Virus record (IMG/VR): IMGVR_UViG_3300025151_000020
Span: 1 to 64,000 of that record
DNA: 64,000 nucleotides
From: a virus
Direction: 5' to 3' (one strand)
Part shown: positions 58,392-64,000 of the stretch, one piece after another
Numbering within the stretch: the stretch's first letter is position 1
Layout: every line of letters begins with the position of its first letter
Made by a program: the position numbers and the translations under genes
The notes under the pieces: model-generated
What the model was told of the DNA's origin: nothing
The model's input: only the letters and a program-made list of their open reading frames with translations
The model's database searches: none

Positions 58392-58650
58392 TCATCAACA
58401 CCTCCGAAAAATTGTCTTTTGCGGCCTTCAAAGCCACCCTGAAGGCATTATTTTCAATTTGTTTCATTACATTTGCTTCTATTTCTTCATCTGTGAAGCC
58501 AAGTCCATCTGCGGTAGCCATTTGCCTTTCTTGGGATAAGAGCATCTTATACATGGCTGGCTCGTTTTGCTCAACGGCCTTCAAAGCCCTTGACACTTGC
58601 CTCTCTGCGTCTTGCAGGGATTTCAAATACTTCACTAAATCTGAAACCAC
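58384..58650 (-). CDS. Hypothetical neck-region protein
   Basis: 88 aa, helical, in operon. Confidence 0.65.
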   Translation of the reverse strand: MVSDLVKYLKSLQDAERQVSRALKAVEQNEPAMYKMLLSQERQMATADGLGFTDEEIEANVMKQIENNAFRVALKAAKDNFSEVLMNG

Positions 58651-58653
58651 AGC

Positions 58654-60249
58654 TCAACCACCCATACCTGCGACTATTATTCCTTCTTGGTATGGGATCA
58701 GGATTCTCTTTACTTCTTCTTCTAACTTTTGAATCTTAGAAGGGAGATCCACATTCTGCGTACCTTCTGGAAACATAGCAGTATAATCGTCAGTCATCAT
58801 GATGTCCAAAGCAACTAACTTGGTACAAGCATCTTCTATTGCCTTGTCAAGATATCTTTCGCCATAAATATAGCATATCTTGAGGCTATGATTCTCAAAG
58901 AATGGATATTGATTGTTGAACATGATTGCACCATTGTCTTCCATTGACCACCAATCCTTTTGCCTTTGTTCATCGGTAGCATCACTATCAAACCTGGTTT
59001 GATATACTTCGGTGCTTGCAGATATGTTTGCTACGAAATCAGATGTCAAATCATCTGCAACCGTTATTGTGTTGCCACTTCTAGTGCATCTTGCCACTCG
59101 GATGGTAGTTCCTGTACCGTAGTAGTATAGACCATTTCCTTGAACAAACGCAGAGGCATCATCCAACACAAAACTACTGCCATTTACTGATGAAACTGTG
59201 GCATTTATTGTATTTGATAATCCAAATGTGAATGTACTGAGATTAGTAACTGCTATTGTTGTATCCTCTCCTTCATCGGTTGATCTCATACTACTGATTA
59301 GTACAACCCCATCGCCCTCATCGCTATTAGCGGTAGCCAAGAACTCATGACTAACATTGAGGGCTTTGCTATCTTCAGTCATAGTTCCTATCTGAATAGC
59401 AGTTTTTCCTGTTGCATCGTCTTCATTGATTAGATTGCCAATTTGACTTGCAATAGTTTTGACTCCGAAATCCTTTGCCCATGTGGTAGCAGTAGTTCCA
59501 CTTGTCAAAGTTGCAGTATGTCCTATGTTTGGACATAGGAATATTTTGTCTGTATTGTTGAATAGATGAGGATCACTAACAGTTAGTTCCACACGGGATG
59601 AGGCTAACTCACGATAGTGATCCCCCTGCCATACACCCATTCGCAATATCCTTTGGATTGAACGGTTTCTAAGATATACTGCTCCAACATAATCAGTATA
59701 GTATCTTCTTCGGTATGGCTTGAATGTAGTAAAGTTTTGATATTCATCGGTGACAAGTCTTGGCCTCCATGCCATTCTAGTAATCTTGTCAATGTAATCC
59801 TGCCTTCTTTGGATTAGTAATTCAACTTGTGATTTGCTTATCCCTCTCTGCGAGGAGTTGGAAAGTATGGAACTAGGTTGAACATACGCACTATTGGATT
59901 TGGTATATGCCGTTCCAGGGTCAGTAGCTTTGAGGACAACACCTCCACTTGATCCTAACGATGCAACTCCTGTGAGAGTCAATGTACTGCCCAATGCATC
60001 CACATCATCATAGACAGTAACCGAATCTCCACTTGCGAATCCCCATCTTCTGTAATCAGCTCCTGCTATTGGTATCTTGATTATAGTGACACCACTTTCA
60101 GTTGCCGTGCTAGTATCAGCAATGAGTTCTGTTGGTTTAGCATCGGGTAGTTGTAGGTAAGATTCAACCTTTGCAACAGTAGTATATACTAATTCGGAAG
60201 GATACAGAGGTTGGTCGGGTCTATGCCCTGGTGTGAATACTCGTGGCAT
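58654..60249 (-). CDS. Head-tail connector/adaptor protein with insertions
   Basis: YTTV..V..YL N-terminus; LI....DYIDK.T; I.Y.YG...AI..AC.KLVA...IL..Y C-terminus typical of gp15/gp6-type adaptors. Confidence 0.7.
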   Translation of the reverse strand: MPRVFTPGHRPDQPLYPSELVYTTVAKVESYLQLPDAKPTELIADTSTATESGVTIIKIPIAGADYRRWGFASGDSVTVYDDVDALGSTLTLTGVASLGSSGGVVLKATDPGTAYTKSNSAYVQPSSILSNSSQRGISKSQVELLIQRRQDYIDKITRMAWRPRLVTDEYQNFTTFKPYRRRYYTDYVGAVYLRNRSIQRILRMGVWQGDHYRELASSRVELTVSDPHLFNNTDKIFLCPNIGHTATLTSGTTATTWAKDFGVKTIASQIGNLINEDDATGKTAIQIGTMTEDSKALNVSHEFLATANSDEGDGVVLISSMRSTDEGEDTTIAVTNLSTFTFGLSNTINATVSSVNGSSFVLDDASAFVQGNGLYYYGTGTTIRVARCTRSGNTITVADDLTSDFVANISASTEVYQTRFDSDATDEQRQKDWWSMEDNGAIMFNNQYPFFENHSLKICYIYGERYLDKAIEDACTKLVALDIMMTDDYTAMFPEGTQNVDLPSKIQKLEEEVKRILIPYQEGIIVAGMGG

Positions 60250-60264
60250 TGCTATTCATCCTCC

Positions 60265-60567
60265 CTATCTCCCTAAATTGTAATCCATATCACACCCGCA
60301 TCCCGCACAACTTGGTGTCCAACAGAAATGGAGCAGACCGCACTCTTTGCATCGTGTGCCTGATCCAATGTTTTGAATGTCATATCTTTCTCTACCTCGA
60401 ATCTTCACACGGATAGTTTCGGCTTTGGCCAGGTTCTCCTTACTAAACGGAGAATCGTCTGTTTTTATTGACCCTTCGTTTGTAGCAATCTCTGCCATCC
60501 GTGTTTTACGGCGGCGTTCTATCGCATGGGCTTCTTCAAAGCAAATCTCGTCAAGTTCTAAGGCCAC
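60265..60567 (-). CDS. Zn-ribbon protein (CKEC...CAGC)
   Basis: 100 aa in the head gene operon. Confidence 0.7.
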   Translation of the reverse strand: MALELDEICFEEAHAIERRRKTRMAEIATNEGSIKTDDSPFSKENLAKAETIRVKIRGRERYDIQNIGSGTRCKECGLLHFCWTPSCAGCGCDMDYNLGR

Positions 60568-60582
60568 ACGGCAAGCCCCCTA

Positions 60583-60894
60583 TCAGGCTCGCCCACCTGT
60601 AACTGTGACATATGTTACGGTTGAAGAAAGGTTAGTTGCATTTGCGACCTCATCTAATGCCGCACTATCCGCTCCTGCTTCATACGCCAAAACCTTCTTG
60701 TTGGATCTATCGTATTGGAATACATATCCTCCACTTACTTCAATCCCAACGGTTTCTATGTTTGATACATATGTCGTCAAGTCAAGTGCTTCTCCACCCG
60801 TTGGATACGAGCTATCAAATGTGATCTTCAGAGCAACAGTCAAGCGGTTGCCTGTTACGTTTGTTCTTCCCAATTGCTCTACTGTCAATGCCAT
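60583..60894 (-). CDS. Putative head decoration / minor capsid protein
   Basis: 103 aa, beta-rich; ITFDSSYPTGGE motif; downstream of MCP. Confidence 0.6.
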   Translation of the reverse strand: MALTVEQLGRTNVTGNRLTVALKITFDSSYPTGGEALDLTTYVSNIETVGIEVSGGYVFQYDRSNKKVLAYEAGADSAALDEVANATNLSSTVTYVTVTGGRA

Positions 60895-60912
60895 ACTGAA
60901 CTCCCCTTTGGT

Positions 60913-60926
60913 TCAATCCTATTTAA
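60913..60926 (-). promoter_or_regulatory. Late promoter motif TTAAATA-GG-ATTGA
   Basis: Intergenic; TATA-like box about 25 nt before ATG 60894. Confidence 0.55.
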
Positions 60927-60934
60927 CTACTATT

Positions 60935-61462
60935 TTACTCATGAAGTATGACTATGCGGGCAGTTCCGCCCGAAAAAGTGCCATTAGAGGTCGCTAGGGT
61001 GAATCTTACCCTCCCACAGACCAATCCGTTCCATGCAGCGGGTTCGTCAATTGTTACGCCACCGACAGTAGCACTCGCAGGTGCGGTTACTGTGAAATGA
61101 AGACCACTCGTATTACCCCCATCTGCATTCATGTTCCCACCTTCTGATGTTTGGAAATTGTAAGGAACAGTTACTGCGGTCCTAACATCAAAGTTTGCAA
61201 GGGTGTCGCAGTAAGGATACTCAACTCCTTCGCTATCTTCAACATCCATAGTAATCTTCAATGAACCTGTTGTACCTGCATTTGCATTGCAAGTTAGCCT
61301 GGAACAATCTAATACGAGTCTTCCTATCTTGCCATTAAGATCCAAAGTTCCACTCAATGAGTTGGTGCTATCAGCAGTTAGAGTTAGCACTCTGCGGTTT
61401 GCACGAACACGGCTCGCATATCGGCCTGATCCATCGTCAATGTCTGCGAATGAATCAGTCAA
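60935..61462 (-). CDS. Structural hypothetical protein (beta-rich)
   Basis: 175 aa in the head operon. Confidence 0.7.
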   Translation of the reverse strand: MTDSFADIDDGSGRYASRVRANRRVLTLTADSTNSLSGTLDLNGKIGRLVLDCSRLTCNANAGTTGSLKITMDVEDSEGVEYPYCDTLANFDVRTAVTVPYNFQTSEGGNMNADGGNTSGLHFTVTAPASATVGGVTIDEPAAWNGLVCGRVRFTLATSNGTFSGGTARIVILHE

Positions 61463-61938
61463 GCACTAGCCCCCGTGATGTACTCACGGGCTAGGTCAGT
61501 CATGGATGCTTTGGTTGATCTGTTATTCACAGGCAATCCTTTCTCTGAACACCATGCCATCATTTGTGCCCGTGTTAATTGACTATCGAATCCGGCTGCA
61601 GCTAAGAGAATATCCACATCAACTTCCTGGTCAGTTACGGCAGGAGTTGGTTCGGGTTCTTCTTCAACCACAGGTTCGGGTTCGGGTTCTGGTTCAACTA
61701 CAACAGGTTCAGGCTCAGGAGTTATTGCTTTGAGCATCTTCTCTGCTTGGACATCATCGCTTCCGATAACTTTCCAGGCAGTTCCTCCATTCTCGATCAG
61801 GGGTATGATTTTGTTACGGATTATGTCTTGTGGAACGTCATCCCTAACCATGCCTCTTGAGAACCCAAGAACCTGGTGTCTGCCTACTGTGATCTCACAG
61901 TAAGGTCTTGCCCCAATGTATTGAAGGCTAAGAGCCAC
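61459..61938 (-). CDS. Protein with (EP)n linker and C-terminal HeH/LEM-like motif
   Basis: LTRAQMMAWCSEKGLPVNNRSTKASM resembles a helix-extension-helix domain. Confidence 0.65.
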   Translation of the reverse strand: MALSLQYIGARPYCEITVGRHQVLGFSRGMVRDDVPQDIIRNKIIPLIENGGTAWKVIGSDDVQAEKMLKAITPEPEPVVVEPEPEPEPVVEEEPEPTPAVTDQEVDVDILLAAAGFDSQLTRAQMMAWCSEKGLPVNNRSTKASMTDLAREYITGASA

Positions 61939-61951
61939 TTAAGCCACCGCC

Positions 61952-62329
61952 TCACCGATACAAGAATGTAATCCTAACCGTGTCGCCATCCTGACCAGCA
62001 GATGCTGGTGTCAGTTTTAGCAGGGTGTTGGTGGATACATTACCTGCAACCGTGAAAGCATTCCCGCCCGCAGTTGTTATGTTGTGTGCGGATAGAATAC
62101 CGATCAATGCTGATCCTGTCACGGCATTTGATTCTAGGGCTAAGTCGTATGCGAAAGCTGCATCTCCATCTGTCACTACAACATCAACAGTTGCCATGCT
62201 GATTGTTCCTGTAACCGAATTGCTTCCCACAGGGCTTTGTAGCCATGATGTGTCCGACTCTCCAACACCACCCCATAGGCGGGAGTTGAAGACTACTGTT
62301 CCGTTTCCTGTTAGATTTGTGTTTGCCAT
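61952..62329 (-). CDS. Putative head decoration protein
   Basis: 125 aa, beta-rich, immediately after MCP. Confidence 0.6.
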   Translation of the reverse strand: MANTNLTGNGTVVFNSRLWGGVGESDTSWLQSPVGSNSVTGTISMATVDVVVTDGDAAFAYDLALESNAVTGSALIGILSAHNITTAGGNAFTVAGNVSTNTLLKLTPASAGQDGDTVRITFLYR

Positions 62330-62372
62330 ATCTTTGTCACCTTACCTTTTTTCTCCATTATTCTCCGTGCAT

Positions 62373-63530
62373 CTAAGCAGCGATATCCCTCACTTTCCCG
62401 TGTGCTCGGTAGAATAGTTGCCATAGTTCGCCCATTGTGTGGAACATACCCATCTGTCCTAGCCTGTTGATACCGAATGGATCTCCGGTTTCGATACCAG
62501 ACTCGTGGTATAGGGTTGGTTTTGCGGTGCAGAAGTAAATGTAATCGGAGTCTATGAAGTACATTCTTGATAGTTCTCCTGAATCTGCCTTAACATCCTT
62601 AGATGGAATGAGAGGTACGCCATTGTATGTTGCGACAACGAATCCGGCTTCCATACCTGGAACACCCTTAACGCCATTCACACCAGGAACAACTCTCTTC
62701 ATCTCTGTAAATCTCTGTTGTGGTTGCAATAGTTGCTGAACCTTCTCAAGAGTATCGTAGCCTGTTAGGATTACCTTTGGCTGACCTCCCTTCTCCCATA
62801 CGCTTCTGAACATTCCGTCAATGACATTCAGACTGAGAGCACGAGCTGCCCCTGCCGAACCTGCATCAACATTAGCATCATACCATTGTTGTGCTGACCC
62901 AACACTTCTTGTGATGTTGTACTGATTGTGATCTGCTGCTGCTGATACGAAATCAGTTGCAGTTTCAACGAAGGAAGAAGATAGACACCTGTCAAGGGAT
63001 TCGAAATCATTCCCTGCGGTAGTATCAACATCTTCTAAGAGCATGACGTTGATGTGCTCTGCGTGGTGCTTTGCCATCTCCATCTTCATTACTGCCCTTG
63101 CATCTCCAAGACCGTCATCTTTGTCGGCTAGGAACATTGCAGTTTCGCTGAGATCAAATGTGTGAGCCACAGTCTTTGGCTTTGTGCTGACCTCTGCGAA
63201 AGTAGGCTTGGTAGTTTCTGGTAGAGTTCCGTTCTCAGGAAGACCGCCACCCTTTGTCCTGTCCGGCTTATCGGTGACGACTCTCCAACCACTCTTCTCC
63301 CAGGGTTTCTTTGGCAGAATTGAGAAGGCGTTGAACTCCTGGTTGAGTTGCGACCACACCTTTCGGCCAAATATTGCCTGATAAGTTCCGGTTGTACTGC
63401 TAACCAAAGGCGAATCGGCCTTTAGCAAGTCAGTTCCAGAGTATGCCCATGCGTTAGCACCAGCACCTGCACCGTAGTACAGTCTTTCCATGTCTTCAAT
63501 TGTTCTAATGTATCCTTTTGATCCACTCAT
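62373..63530 (-). CDS. Major capsid protein (HK97 fold; magrovirus/halovirus type)
   Basis: YIRTIEDMERLYYG, VWSQLNQE.NAFSILPK.PW..SGWRV, FESLDR, VATYNGVP.IP; position between scaffold and neck genes. Confidence 0.9.
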   Translation of the reverse strand: MSGSKGYIRTIEDMERLYYGAGAGANAWAYSGTDLLKADSPLVSSTTGTYQAIFGRKVWSQLNQEFNAFSILPKKPWEKSGWRVVTDKPDRTKGGGLPENGTLPETTKPTFAEVSTKPKTVAHTFDLSETAMFLADKDDGLGDARAVMKMEMAKHHAEHINVMLLEDVDTTAGNDFESLDRCLSSSFVETATDFVSAAADHNQYNITRSVGSAQQWYDANVDAGSAGAARALSLNVIDGMFRSVWEKGGQPKVILTGYDTLEKVQQLLQPQQRFTEMKRVVPGVNGVKGVPGMEAGFVVATYNGVPLIPSKDVKADSGELSRMYFIDSDYIYFCTAKPTLYHESGIETGDPFGINRLGQMGMFHTMGELWQLFYRAHGKVRDIAA

Positions 63531-63567
63531 TTTTTCACTTCCTTTATCTCCATGTCACCCAAGACGA

Positions 63568-64000
63568 TTACTCGCCTGTTAGTGCCCTCCTTGCTAGTTG
63601 CTCGGTAGCCCTCCAGGACTCAAGGTCGCTGCCCATAGCTGCGAACTCTTCATTGGTTGGTACACGAATATCTGTTGTTGGAACTGCGGATGCAGATTTC
63701 TGAATCTCTGTGTTCTCAGAGCGTAGTCCTGCAATCTCTGCTTGTAGTGCAGCGATTTGGCCACCGAAATCATTAGCCTTGTTAATCTCAAGAGCCTTAG
63801 CGGTTTCTGCCTCGTAGCGGGCTTCCCACTCTGCCTTTACGAGAGCCTTCATGCCTTCCTCATCTCTAAGGGATGCGTATGCTCTGTATCCACGCTCTAG
63901 TCCTTCAGGAGTAATCGATCCAGGGGATTTGATGACATTTTTGTTGCCGGATGGCTCGTTGTATGCCATGTTGCCAACTCCTGGTTGCTTGATAACATAC
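63568..64000 (-). CDS. Scaffold / prohead-protease C-terminal region (5'-partial)
   Basis: Frame stays open to the window edge; coiled coil; immediately upstream of MCP. Confidence 0.6.
   Translation of the reverse strand, partial: YVIKQPGVGNMAYNEPSGNKNVIKSPGSITPEGLERGYRAYASLRDEEGMKALVKAEWEARYEAETAKALEINKANDFGGQIAALQAEIAGLRSENTEIQKSASAVPTTDIRVPTNEEFAAMGSDLESWRATEQLARRALTGE

Noticed and set aside
60377-60997. 206-aa + strand ORF
   Set aside because: Antisense across three well-supported head-operon genes; no recognisable motif.

Overview
This window is about 64 kb of a tailed dsDNA archaeal virus genome (Caudoviricetes, siphovirus-like). It most resembles the 'magroviruses' of Marine Group II Euryarchaeota (Poseidoniales). 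That assignment is inferred from recall of family features: a group II chaperonin, a fused PriS-PriL primase, an XPF nuclease, an MCM-type ATPase, a DUF3860-like wHTH protein, the major capsid protein and archaeal TATA/SD signals. No database search was run. Two arms converge at 24120/24121. The + arm (1-24120) carries small accessory and Zn-finger genes, an SF1 helicase, a DenV-like glycosylase, a thermosome and a replication/recombination block. The - arm (24121-64000) is the morphogenesis module: scaffold/protease (partial), MCP, head proteins, connector, a 3212-aa neck-fibre fusion, tail tube, frameshifted tail chaperones, tape measure and two giant tail-tip proteins. Most notable observations: (1) a run of intact but apparently catalytically dead enzymes (ATP-dependent ligase, LAGLIDADG-like fold, DEDD exonuclease) beside a permuted TFB-like protein and a PC4-like protein; (2) two distinct promoter classes, RAGAGTGTTCATAA on the early arm and TAAATA-NN-ATTGA on the late arm; (3) a promoter-driven pseudoknotted ncRNA candidate ending in ACCA (about 7658-7780); (4) a C5 methyltransferase with a nested out-of-frame EcoHK31I-beta-like gene and about 11 TRD-like repeats; (5) a shared N-terminal F-E-x-A-W-x-L-x-K tag on two unrelated late proteins; (6) a -1 frameshift site with a 10-bp hairpin. 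I recognised no DNA polymerase, terminase, portal, tRNA, CRISPR array or integrase in the window.
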